DNA from: Deltaproteobacteria bacterium
Lineage (GTDB): Bacteria; Desulfobacterota; Binatia; Binatales; Binataceae
Assembly (NCBI GenBank): GCA_021780755.1
Contig: JAJXYF010000039.1
Location: forward strand, 11,529-75,528
Direction: 5' to 3'
Length of the DNA: 64,000 bases
Below the pieces are notes generated by a model, which was not told where the DNA came from, ran no database searches, and was given only the letters and a program-made list of their open reading frames with translations. Shown here piece after piece: positions 50,155 to 59,602 of this stretch (position 1 is the stretch's first letter; every line of letters starts with the position of its first letter). The position numbers and the translations under genes were made by a program.

Positions 50155-51483
50155 TCAGGACAGCCCCGCGTGAACCTCGTCGAGCGCGCTGCGCAAGTTG
50201 CGCACGATGTAGCCGATGTCGGATTCCTCGATCACGAAGGGCGGCGTCACCATCACGCCGTCGCCGCCGGCTTTGCCCGCCATCCCGATCGACGGATAGA
50301 CGAACAAGCCGTGCCTGAGCGCGGCGGCCAGCACCTGGCTGGTCACGCGCAGACCTGGCTCGTAGGGCGTGCGGGTCGCGCGATCGCGCACCAGTTCAAG
50401 CCCCCAGAACATCCCGGTGCCGCGAATATCGCCGACCATCGGATGGCCCGAAAGTTCTTCCTTGAGCTGCGCGCCGAGGCGCGCGCCGACTTCCGCGGCA
50501 CGCTCGACGAGGTGTTCACGCTCCATGATTTCGAGCACCTTGTCGGCGATCGCGCAGGCGAGCGGATGGGCGCTGTAGGTGTAGAACATGAAGTCGGCGC
50601 CGAGTTGCTCGCATTCGGCGATCAAGCGATCGTCCACGGCGATCATGCCCATCGGAATGTAGCCGCCGGTAAGGCCCTTGGCCGCGATCAGAACGTCGGG
50701 CTTCAAATTCCAATGCTCGACCGCGAAGCGTTTGCCGGTGCGGCCGAAACCGGTCATCACCTCGTCCACGATGAGCAGGATATCGTTGCGGTGGCAGATG
50801 TCGGCGATCATCGGCCAGTACTCTTTGACCGGCGGCACCACGCCGCCGGTCGCCCCCATCATCGGCTCGGCGATAAACGCGGCGATCGAATCGGCGCCGT
50901 GGCGGCGAATCTCGTCTTCGAGCGCGGTCGCGCACTCGATTCCACATCCCGGATAGGTCTTTTCCCACGGGCAGCGATAGCAATACGACGGCGGGATATG
51001 GGGCCAATCGAAGAGCACGTGTTCGTAGTCGGCGCGGCGCGAAAGATTGCCACCGACCGAGAGCGCGGCCAGTGTATTGCCGTGATACGAGAACCAGCGC
51101 GAAATGATTTTCTTCTTCCGCGGGCGCCCCTTGACCTTGTGGTACATCAGGGCGAACTTGATCGCCGCCTCGACCGCCTCGGAGCCGCCGCTCGCGAAAA
51201 AGAAATGATTGAGGCCCGGCGGGGTCCATCGCGCGAGCCGCTGGCAGAGGCGCTCGCGATCGGGCGTATTCCATACCGGCAGCACGTAGTTGACCCGGCC
51301 GACGACTTCGCCGGCGAGGCGCGCGATCTCTTCGCGGCCCTGGCCGACGTTGACCACCACGGCGCCGGCGCCCGCGTCGAGAATACGGCGGCCGTCGCGG
51401 GTAAAGAGCCACGCACCCTCGGCGCGCTCGATCATGAGCGGCTCGTACGGGCTCTTCATGAACATCGAATCCTGATTGGCCAT
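50155..51483 (-). CDS. Class III PLP aminotransferase
   Basis: GGSEAVEAA.K, SYHG.T, FIAEP, DEVMTGFGRTG, AAKGL, GDIRG.G. Confidence 0.92.
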   Translation of the reverse strand: MANQDSMFMKSPYEPLMIERAEGAWLFTRDGRRILDAGAGAVVVNVGQGREEIARLAGEVVGRVNYVLPVWNTPDRERLCQRLARWTPPGLNHFFFASGGSEAVEAAIKFALMYHKVKGRPRKKKIISRWFSYHGNTLAALSVGGNLSRRADYEHVLFDWPHIPPSYCYRCPWEKTYPGCGIECATALEDEIRRHGADSIAAFIAEPMMGATGGVVPPVKEYWPMIADICHRNDILLIVDEVMTGFGRTGKRFAVEHWNLKPDVLIAAKGLTGGYIPMGMIAVDDRLIAECEQLGADFMFYTYSAHPLACAIADKVLEIMEREHLVERAAEVGARLGAQLKEELSGHPMVGDIRGTGMFWGLELVRDRATRTPYEPGLRVTSQVLAAALRHGLFVYPSIGMAGKAGGDGVMVTPPFVIEESDIGYIVRNLRSALDEVHAGLS

Positions 51484-51814
51484 TATCACTCCCGAGGTGG
51501 ATTCGTCCGCTCGTACATGGTCGTAAGAGTAAATTTATCGCTAGTTGGTAGAAGGCGCATTAGCTGGAGTTCGTTTTGTAAAAAAAAGTTATTGCGAAGG
51601 ACGCCCGCTCCTTCCCGCTTAGCGCATCCTGGGGACTGTTACGCACGTCACCGACTCATTAGCGCACTGCGCCGTGCGGCAAAATCATGGGGAAATCGCG
51701 GTGTTTTACGCGCATGGTTCGCGGGTCCGTCGGTGCCGAAATAGTGTACTCCTTTTCGTTCGATAACGTGCGGAGTGAAAGTACGGGGAACCGGCTTAAT
51801 TTGAGGCCGAGTGT

Positions 51815-51991
51815 CTAATGGATCCTCCGGCGGTCCGCTGTATGCGGAGCAACGGCCGCCGGGCCAGGGCCGAACCTGCCGGTCGGGTCGAAGCGTGACT
51901 GTAACGGCGGTTGAGAGTCCGCACCACATCCATTAAAAAGCGGCGCGAGCAACAGGATCAACACGAGCGCTACGGCGTGGCCGAGCTTCAT
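51815..51991 (-). CDS. Possible small lipoprotein
   Basis: MKLGHAVALVLILLLAPLFNGC signal-like leader directly after the CoA-transferase stop. Confidence 0.4.
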   Translation of the reverse strand: MKLGHAVALVLILLLAPLFNGCGADSQPPLQSRFDPTGRFGPGPAAVAPHTADRRRIH

Positions 51992-51993
51992 CG

Positions 51994-53202
51994 CTAGCGG
52001 ATGGCGCCGTCGGCGCGCCAACGATCGATATCGGCCTTCGAGTAGCCGAGCCCGCCGAGCACTTCCTCGGTATGCTGGCCGAGTTTCGGCGCGAGCGAGC
52101 GAATCGAACCCGGCGTGTCCGACAGCTTGACCGAAACGCCGACCTGCTTGACCTTTTCGCCGGTGGGCGTTTCGACCTCGACGATCATATTGCGCGCGCG
52201 AATCTGCGGGTCGTGTTCAAGCTCGTCGAGCGTCAGCATCTTGCCCACGCAGATGTCCGATTGGCTCAGGTAATCGAACCACTCGTCGCGCGTGCGGGTT
52301 TTGAAGATGGCGGCGAAATGCTCGAGCATCTCGGTCCACTTCGCATGGTTGTTCTGGTCGGTGATGTATTGCTCGCAGCCGAGCGCGCGGCACAGGTTGG
52401 CATAGAACCACGGCTCGACTGAGCCAATTGTAATAATCTTGCCGTCCCTGGTTTCGTAGAGGTTGTAGTATGGCGCCGCCCCGTCCATCGAGGTGTAGCC
52501 GCGCGTGGGAATCTTCTCGGTGGTGAAGTAGGTCGAGAGCGCCTGCGCGATCAGCAGCATGGTGCCGTCGAGCATCGCGATATCGACGTACTGGCCGCGG
52601 CCGGTCTGATGACGCGCGAGCAAGGCCGCGAGCACGCCGATCGCCGCGTGCATCCCGCCACCCGCATAGTCCGCCAGCAGGTTGAGCGGAATAGAAGGCG
52701 GCTGATCCTTGCGCCCGATCATCGAGAGCGCGCCCGAAGTCGCGATGTAGTTCAAGTCGTGGCCGACGTAGTTCTTGAAGGGTCCCGTCTGGCCGAAGCC
52801 GGTGACCGCGCAATAGACCAGCCGCGGATTGCGCGCCGCCAGGGTCTCGTAGTCGATCCCGAGGCGCTTGGCGACACCGGGACGGAATTCCTCGACGACC
52901 ACGTCGGCGTTGCGCGCGAGCTTGAAGTAGATCTCCTTGCCGGGTTCGCTCTTGAGGTTCAAGCCGATCGATTTCTTGTTGCGGGCGAGCGCGTTGGTCG
53001 GCACCGATCCGAAGCCGACCACGCGACCGACCTTGCCGGTGGCGCCAGCCTGCTCCGCGCGGCGTCCGGTGGGTGCGCCGGGTTCCTCGACCTTGATTAT
53101 GTCGGCGCCGAGATCGCCCAGAATCATCGTGCAATGGGGCCCGGGAGCGAGCTTGGTCAAATCGATAATCTTGATTCCGGTTAGAGGGGCGATGGCGGCC
53201 AT
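51994..53202 (-). CDS. CaiB/BaiF CoA-transferase (alpha-methylacyl-CoA racemase-like)
   Basis: PLTGIKIIDL..LAPGP, RNKKSI.LNLK, FRPGV, GHDLNYIA, ADYAGG, APKLGQHT. Confidence 0.92.
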   Translation of the reverse strand: MAAIAPLTGIKIIDLTKLAPGPHCTMILGDLGADIIKVEEPGAPTGRRAEQAGATGKVGRVVGFGSVPTNALARNKKSIGLNLKSEPGKEIYFKLARNADVVVEEFRPGVAKRLGIDYETLAARNPRLVYCAVTGFGQTGPFKNYVGHDLNYIATSGALSMIGRKDQPPSIPLNLLADYAGGGMHAAIGVLAALLARHQTGRGQYVDIAMLDGTMLLIAQALSTYFTTEKIPTRGYTSMDGAAPYYNLYETRDGKIITIGSVEPWFYANLCRALGCEQYITDQNNHAKWTEMLEHFAAIFKTRTRDEWFDYLSQSDICVGKMLTLDELEHDPQIRARNMIVEVETPTGEKVKQVGVSVKLSDTPGSIRSLAPKLGQHTEEVLGGLGYSKADIDRWRADGAIR

Positions 53203-53363
53203 GGTCGATACACTTCGAAGTCGAATGAAGTTGCGCTAAAGCGCTCGCGGGCCACTTCGGCGGCGGCGTTGTGAATTGTTTAGTATTGTTTGACAGCGGC
53301 GCGCAAACAGGCGGACGCGGGGAAAGTTGTTCAAGAACTCGAAACTTTAAGTTTTTAAAGAAA

Positions 53364-53420
53364 CTGAAACCTCACCCAGGTTTCAGACTTCCCTTTTAAC
53401 AGGATGCGGGCTGCGCCCTG
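53364..53420 (+). repeat. Dispersed structured intergenic repeat, copy 2
   Basis: CTGAAACCT-CACCC-AGGTTTCAG-ACTTCCC-N9-GATGCGGGCTGCGCCC. Confidence 0.78.
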
Positions 53421-53609
53421 TAAAAGGGGCAGGAGAAAGAAGACGATCGGTCATGCGGATCGCGTCCATGAGACCCGGCGTGGGCGCGTATGAGGCGCAC
53501 CGCAGGACCGGAACCGTGCGCAAACATGCGCGCCGACGGCACGGTGGGGTTGTGAATGTTCACGCTTGGTCTTTAAAGGCCGTGTGAACTATATTGCGCA
53601 CGACGCCAG

Positions 53610-54527
53610 ATGAAAATCGCAAAAGCCTCCACCGTCGTCGTCGCTTTCCTGCTTACGATTGTCGCGGTTGGGCCGTTGCGGCGCGCGGCGGCCGCATCGA
53701 ACGCTTCATCGATATCAACCCACCCGACAATCTTCGTCGCTGGTTACGACCACGTGACCGCCTACCCGAGTGACGATATCGCGGTGCTGAACGGCGACAA
53801 CGTCATCACGGAGTATCCGGCGGGCAGCGTGGGCAATGTGACGCCAAGCGCCGCGATCGCGATCGACAGCAAGGGAAATACCTATCCGGCCGGGATCGCG
53901 GCGGACGCCACCGGCAAGGTCTATGTCGCGAACCAGGGCGCCGTGAATTGCAATCGGCAATCGTGCTACCACACCGGCTTGGACAACGTCGCCGCCTATC
54001 GCGCCGGCAGCGACGGCAATGCCAAGCCCAGCGCGGTCATCCGCGGGCTCGACACCGGCCTCGCGTCCCCTTCGGCGATCGCTGTCGATCATCGCGGGGA
54101 CATCTATGTAGCCAACCTGGGTCCGATGAAATGCCGGCCGTACTGTAGTTGTGTTCCCAGCGGACCTGGAAGCATCACGGTCTATGCGCCCGGCAGCAAT
54201 GGTGACGTTAGGCCGATCACCACGATTAGCGGCGCGCAGACCAAACTTGGGCTTCCCTACGGAATCGCGCTTGATTCGAACCGGAACATTTACGTGTTGA
54301 ACGCCACAGGGTTCGGCGAGGTTTGTATCAATTTCGGTTCCGGCCCTACGCCAGCCACAAACTTCTTGGGCAACGTCGCCGGAGCCGGCACCTACGGGAT
54401 TCGCGGTCCTATTCTGGTCTTCGCGGCAGGCAGCAACGGGGATGCCGCGCCAATCGGGGCGATCGGCGGTCCGTTGACCGGGCTCTATGGTTCGACCGGA
54501 ATCGCGGTCGGGCCGGGCGGTCCGTAA
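53610..54527 (+). CDS. Secreted NHL/beta-propeller-like repeat protein
   Basis: Signal peptide; repeated Y.AGS.GN..P...I.G..T.L..P.GIA.D..G.IYV.N units. Confidence 0.75.
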   Translation: MKIAKASTVVVAFLLTIVAVGPLRRAAAASNASSISTHPTIFVAGYDHVTAYPSDDIAVLNGDNVITEYPAGSVGNVTPSAAIAIDSKGNTYPAGIAADATGKVYVANQGAVNCNRQSCYHTGLDNVAAYRAGSDGNAKPSAVIRGLDTGLASPSAIAVDHRGDIYVANLGPMKCRPYCSCVPSGPGSITVYAPGSNGDVRPITTISGAQTKLGLPYGIALDSNRNIYVLNATGFGEVCINFGSGPTPATNFLGNVAGAGTYGIRGPILVFAAGSNGDAAPIGAIGGPLTGLYGSTGIAVGPGGP

Positions 54528-54547
54528 CGTCGCATTAGAGGGCGGTG

Positions 54548-54654
54548 CCCTCACCCGCCGAAGGGTCACAACCCTTCGGCGACCTCTCCCTGGACAAGGC
54601 GAGGGGTAGAGGGAGGAGACCTCACCCTGCCCTCCCCCTGGACGAGGAGAGGGA
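54548..54654. repeat. Tandem REP-like palindromic elements (CCCTCACCC...CCTCTCCC...GGAGAGGG type)
   Basis: Two related units; the first contains the perfect hairpin CGCCGAAGGG-TCACAA-CCCTTCGGCG; lies between convergent genes. Confidence 0.6.
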
Positions 54655-54753
54655 TTAGGCGCGCGGCTTCGCGTTTACGCTCGCCGCCCCCCTAAGGAAC
54701 CTCCGCACAAGGCTCATGCTGTCAGCCTGAGCGCAGAGTTCCACCATGCGGGG

Positions 54754-55587
54754 CTAGACGGTGGCGGCGCGGACGCGGGAGAGGAGCGCCGAGAGCGTTT
54801 TGAGTCCGTGGACCATCCGGGCGCCGTACCAATGGAGGTCGCGGCCATTGATGAGTACAACGCGGCGGCTGAGCGCCGGCGGCAGGAGCGGCTTCAACTC
54901 CTCGACATCTTTCGCGCTGAATTCGTAGGGCTCGTCGGGCAGCAGGACGTAGTCGGGGCGCAGGTCAAGCGCCTCGTCGAGCGTAACGCGCGGGTAGCGG
55001 TCGCCGGCGGTCGCGTAGATATTGTTGAAGCCGACCATGCGCAGGACGTCATGCGCGTAGGTATCGCCGTTGAACGCGATCCACGGGTTCTTCCAGACCG
55101 GGCAGAAGACGCGAAAGCGCAGCTTGCTCCACGCGCCGAGTCCGGTTTCGATCTCGCTGACCGATTTGACGATTTCGCGCGTCATCGCACCGGCTTCGGC
55201 CGACCGGCCGACGACGTTGCCGAGCTTCAGGATCGATTCGACCGCGGACGCGACGGTGCGCGGATAAGTCGTGAAGACGGCGGCGCCGCCGATGCGCAAC
55301 TTTTCGATATCCTCGCGGCGATTTTCCTCGGCATTGGCGATCACGAGGTCGGGCTTGAGATCGAGGATCGCCTTGATATCGGGATTCTTGGTGCCGCCGA
55401 TTTTCGGCACCGCGGCAACCGCGTCCGCCGGCTCGACGCAAAAGCGCGTAACACCGACTATCGCGCCGGCCGCGCCGAAGGCGAAGAGCGTCTCGGTCCA
55501 ACTCGGCACGAGCGATACGATCCGCCGCGGCTGGGCGGGCAAATCCAGTTTGAATCCGAGATCGTCAACCGTCCGCATCCAGGACAT
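54754..55587 (-). CDS. Helical-backbone metal receptor (BtuF-like), no signal peptide seen
   Basis: PRRIVSLVPSWTETL, VGVTRFC, GGTKNPD, PDLVIANAEEN, LPDEPY.F. Confidence 0.85.
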   Translation of the reverse strand: MSWMRTVDDLGFKLDLPAQPRRIVSLVPSWTETLFAFGAAGAIVGVTRFCVEPADAVAAVPKIGGTKNPDIKAILDLKPDLVIANAEENRREDIEKLRIGGAAVFTTYPRTVASAVESILKLGNVVGRSAEAGAMTREIVKSVSEIETGLGAWSKLRFRVFCPVWKNPWIAFNGDTYAHDVLRMVGFNNIYATAGDRYPRVTLDEALDLRPDYVLLPDEPYEFSAKDVEELKPLLPPALSRRVVLINGRDLHWYGARMVHGLKTLSALLSRVRAATV

Positions 55588-55690
55588 GAGAACTCGCCAA
55601 ATCAAAACACACGCGGCGGATGGCGCTGATCACACCATCCGCCGCGCCAGATTCAGACGGATTACCGGGACTATCCGAGCGCCGGCGTGC

Positions 55691-56998
55691 TTATGCCGAC
55701 GCCTCGATCAGGTCCGCACGGCCGACCGTCTCGGCCTTGCCACTGATCTTGACCGAGCCCGGCTTCCTCGTGAAGGGATCCTCGAGGCCCAGTTCCTTGC
55801 CGATATCCCGGAGCGCCGGAACGACTTCCTTGCCGAGCAACTCGACGCAACGCTGACGATCCTTCAACGGCGACGGGCCGTCGAGCCAGAACGAGAAGAT
55901 ACCGGGCCGCAGGACTTCGAGCACGTGACGCAGCTTCGGCACGATGGTCTTGGGCGTGCCGGTGATCATCTGCGACTGCTTGAGCCATTGCGGATAGGTG
56001 TCGTAGAGCTGCTTCTTCAGCTTTTGCAGATCGGCGTCATCGGTTGGGTCGTGATCCATGATGCCGGTGATCTGTCCGGGCAGGTTCGGATTGGCCGCCT
56101 GCTCCGCGAGGCGCCGGGTGGCCACCTTGGAGTTGTAGCCGGGAGGGAACATCCATTCGGGGCGCGCGAAATGGGCGAAGCCGCCGCCGAACAGGAAGTT
56201 CTTGCCCATCGCCTCCGCCTTCTCTTCGGTATCGGCGCAGAAGACCGGCTGCAGGTAGCCGAAATTCTCCGGCCCCGCCTGATAGCCAAGATCGGCAGCC
56301 CGCTTGGCGTACATGTTGAACATCTCGAGCGTGGGACCGAGCAGGGTCGCCAGCGCGACATAGGGATAACGATGCTCCGCGCACCATTTCACGGTCTCGG
56401 GGCTGATGAGGCCGGGAATCCAGATCGGCGGATGGGGCTTCTGCAGCGGCAGCACCCACGGATTTACGAAGCGATAATGGAAATGCTTACCTTCCCAGCG
56501 GAACGGACCCGGTTTGGTCCAAGCCGCGAGGATGAGGTCGTGGGCCTCGTCGAAGTATTCGCGATTGTAGGCCGGGTTGGCGTTGTTGGCGAGCTGTTCG
56601 CTGCCCGCGCCACGGACCCATCCGGGGACCAAGCGGCCGCCGGAGATCATATCGATCATCGCGAGCTCTTCGGCCATCCGCAGCGGATTCGCCACGGTCG
56701 GGATCGGATTGCCGAGCAATACGATCTTGGCCCGCTTGGTCGCCCGCGCGAGGACGGCGGCCTCGACGTCCATGACGGCACCCATGCAAAACGGCGTCCC
56801 GTGATGTTCGTTGAGCATCAGGCCGTCGAAGCCGAGTTCGTCGCACATGATCTTCTCATCGATATATTCGTTGAGAAGGCGCGCGCCGGTAGGGGCGTCG
56901 AAAAACTTGTTGGGCACGCCGAAAAAGCTGCGCCGCTTGAAGACTTCGTCCTCCGGCACGGCGTGATAAGCCCTTTCCGTGAAAAACATTATGTGCAT
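55691..56998 (-). CDS. LLM class flavin-dependent oxidoreductase (tandem paralog A)
   Basis: GFDGLMLNEHH, PLRMAEELAMID.ISGGRL, PLQKPHPPIW. Confidence 0.9.
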   Translation of the reverse strand: MHIMFFTERAYHAVPEDEVFKRRSFFGVPNKFFDAPTGARLLNEYIDEKIMCDELGFDGLMLNEHHGTPFCMGAVMDVEAAVLARATKRAKIVLLGNPIPTVANPLRMAEELAMIDMISGGRLVPGWVRGAGSEQLANNANPAYNREYFDEAHDLILAAWTKPGPFRWEGKHFHYRFVNPWVLPLQKPHPPIWIPGLISPETVKWCAEHRYPYVALATLLGPTLEMFNMYAKRAADLGYQAGPENFGYLQPVFCADTEEKAEAMGKNFLFGGGFAHFARPEWMFPPGYNSKVATRRLAEQAANPNLPGQITGIMDHDPTDDADLQKLKKQLYDTYPQWLKQSQMITGTPKTIVPKLRHVLEVLRPGIFSFWLDGPSPLKDRQRCVELLGKEVVPALRDIGKELGLEDPFTRKPGSVKISGKAETVGRADLIEASA

Positions 56999-57202
56999 TT
57001 TGAGACCTCCCCGAAGCCGTTAACATTTACTGACTGGTTGAGCGGCGGGCCGACTGTTCCCTGATCCATCCGCGCGCCGCGCTCGTCGCCAAGCCTATTC
57101 AATCCATAGCAGAGGTCCTGCGGATTGGCGACAATCTTGCGCTTGAATAAACGAAAATTTACCTCGACGATTTATTCGCTGCCGAAACTTGACGGCCCGC
57201 CG

Positions 57203-58507
57203 TCAGAGCGCCTGCAACGCCTCCGGCGATCCGACCCGGTCGGGCCTGCCGCTCGACGGCAGCGGCCGCGACCCCGGACTCACCTCGAAAGGACCGCTGA
57301 GCCCGAGTTCCTTGCCAATCTCGCGCACCGCCGGCATCACTTCGGTGCCGAGCAGGCGCAGACACGTCATGCGATCTTCGCGCGGCGCCGGCCCGTCGAG
57401 CCAGAACGAGAAAATTCCCGGCCGCAACACCTCCAGCACCTTGCGCAGTTTCGGCAGCACCGTTTTGGGCGTGCCGGTGATTATCTGCAGCGACTCCTTG
57501 GCGCTGTCGTAATTGTCGTACACCGCCCTTTTGATCGCCGCGATGTCCTTCAACGAGTGGAGATGCTGCGGAATCAGCGTCTTGCCCGGCAGATTAGGAT
57601 TCGAGTAGAGGCTCGCGAGCCGCCGCGTCGCTTCCCTGGAATTGTAGCCCGGCGGGAACATCCATTCGGGGCGCGCGAAATTCGCGAAGCCGCCGCCGAA
57701 CAGAAAATTGCGTCCGAGCGCGTCGGCCTGCTCTTCGGTCTCGTGGACGAAGATCGGCTGCAAATAGCCGAAATTCTCCGGCCCTGCCTGGTAGCCATGA
57801 CGTGCCGCCTCGGTGGTGTACATGTCCCACATCTCGAGCGTCGGCCCGAGCATCGTGGCGAGCGCGACATACGGATACTTGTGCGCGGCGCACCACTTAA
57901 CCGTCTCGGGGCTGATCAGCCCCGGAATCCAGATCGGAGGATGGGGTTTCTGCAACGGCAGCACCCACGGATTCACGAACCGATAATGGAAGTGCTTGCC
58001 CTCCCAGCGGAACGGACCGGGCCTGGTCCACGCCGCCATGATCAGATCATGGGCCTCGTCAAAATACTCGCGGTTGTAGGCCGGATTGGAATTGTTGGCA
58101 AGCTGTTCGCTGCCCGCGCCGCGGACCCATCCGGGCACCAGGCGCCCGCCCGAGATCATATCGATCATCGCGAGTTCTTCGGCGAGGCGGAGCGGATTCG
58201 CGACGGTCGGAATCGGATTACCGAGCAGCACGATCTTGACCCGTTTGGTCGCTCGCGCCAGCACCGCCGCCTCGACGTCCATCACGGCGCCCATACAGAA
58301 CGGCGTCCCATGATGTTCGTTGAGCATCACGCCGTCGAAGCCGAGTTCGTCGGTGTAGATCTTCTCGTCGAGGTACTGGTTCAGCAGAACGGCGCCTTTC
58401 GCGGGGTCGAAGAAGGTGTTCGGAACGCCGAAAAAACTGCGCCGCTTGAGTACCTCATCTTCGGGAACGTGATGGTAGGCACGTTCCGTGAACCACATTA
58501 TGTGCAC
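57203..58507 (-). CDS. LLM class flavin-dependent oxidoreductase (tandem paralog B)
   Basis: Same motifs; near-identical to paralog A over long stretches. Confidence 0.9.
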   Translation of the reverse strand: MHIMWFTERAYHHVPEDEVLKRRSFFGVPNTFFDPAKGAVLLNQYLDEKIYTDELGFDGVMLNEHHGTPFCMGAVMDVEAAVLARATKRVKIVLLGNPIPTVANPLRLAEELAMIDMISGGRLVPGWVRGAGSEQLANNSNPAYNREYFDEAHDLIMAAWTRPGPFRWEGKHFHYRFVNPWVLPLQKPHPPIWIPGLISPETVKWCAAHKYPYVALATMLGPTLEMWDMYTTEAARHGYQAGPENFGYLQPIFVHETEEQADALGRNFLFGGGFANFARPEWMFPPGYNSREATRRLASLYSNPNLPGKTLIPQHLHSLKDIAAIKRAVYDNYDSAKESLQIITGTPKTVLPKLRKVLEVLRPGIFSFWLDGPAPREDRMTCLRLLGTEVMPAVREIGKELGLSGPFEVSPGSRPLPSSGRPDRVGSPEALQAL

Positions 58508-58528
58508 TGCCGTTCCTCTCGAATCGCG

Positions 58529-59320
58529 TTAGCCGAGGAAGCTCTCGACTTCCTTGATAAACTCCGCCGACTTTTCGATCTCGGGCATGTGACCGCACTT
58601 GTCGAAGGTGACCAGCTTCGAGCCGGCGATCCGCTGGTGATAAAGCTCCGCGACGCTCAGCGGCACGACCGGATCCTGCTTGCCCCAAACGAGCAGCGTC
58701 GGCAGTCCGGCGACGTTCGCGAGCAGATGCTCCATGCTCTGCGTGAACATGTAAGGCGCCCATGCGATCCGTGCGGTCTCGGCCCGCGCTTCCTCCCATT
58801 CCTCGTACTGCGCGGGCGTCTGCTCGCCACCGAACAGCGACGAAAACTCCGGGGTGTTCTGGTAATCGACGACGTTTTCGTTCAGGAAGTTGCGCGCGGT
58901 GCGGGTGAACATGTCCATGATCTCGCCGGTCGGCGGGCGCAGTCCCGCGGCACCCACGAGCACCATCTTGTTGAACTGGCCGCTGTTGGCGGTGGCCATT
59001 TCGGCCGCCAGCCATCCACCGAGCGAAAAGCCGATCACGTCAACCGGGGTGAGCTTCTGTTCGCGAATATAGCGTGCGTAGAAAGCGCCGAGGTCGCGCA
59101 CATTCATGATCCAGCTCGCCTGCGGCGTCTTGCCGAAACCCGGATGGAGCGGGATATGGAGGGTGCGCTTCGCGGCCAGCGCGGTATGCCATTTCAGCAA
59201 GCCCGAAAAACCCATCTCCCCATGCATCACGAGCAATGGCTTGCCCGTGCCCAATTTCAAAACCTGAAGGTCCGTGTCGCCGACCCGGACCTTCTCTTCA
59301 GTGAAACCCTTTTCTGCCAT
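58529..59320 (-). CDS. Alpha/beta hydrolase
   Basis: HPGFG, GFSLGG nucleophile, WGKQD, CGHMP. Confidence 0.88.
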   Translation of the reverse strand: MAEKGFTEEKVRVGDTDLQVLKLGTGKPLLVMHGEMGFSGLLKWHTALAAKRTLHIPLHPGFGKTPQASWIMNVRDLGAFYARYIREQKLTPVDVIGFSLGGWLAAEMATANSGQFNKMVLVGAAGLRPPTGEIMDMFTRTARNFLNENVVDYQNTPEFSSLFGGEQTPAQYEEWEEARAETARIAWAPYMFTQSMEHLLANVAGLPTLLVWGKQDPVVPLSVAELYHQRIAGSKLVTFDKCGHMPEIEKSAEFIKEVESFLG

Positions 59321-59602
59321 TACCGATGTCTCCGCGATCTGATTTGGTCGAACAACGACGGCGGTCCGATGCGCGGCGTGACTGTCACGCTGCGATTCCC
59401 CACCGGCTGTGCCGCACACCGCAGGCACTATAACCCGAAGCGGAATTGAAATGAAAACCATTTTGAATCACACCCCGCAGCAGCGGTGCTAATGCAGAGG
59501 CCGTGGGAAAGAAGCCAGGGAAAAGTGGAAAGGGGTGACGAGAGGGTGGGCGGCGGTGCAGAATCGGGCCCAATGCACGAGTGCGACGCGGGAGCCCAAG
59601 CG

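Noticed and set aside
51490-51814. Possible ncRNA or type I toxin-antitoxin in the 325 bp spacer
   Set aside because: Only weak hairpins; no recognisable family or terminator pair.
55588-55690. Cobalamin riboswitch upstream of the BtuF-like gene
   Set aside because: The spacer is only about 100 bp and shows no B12-box or other conserved riboswitch motif.
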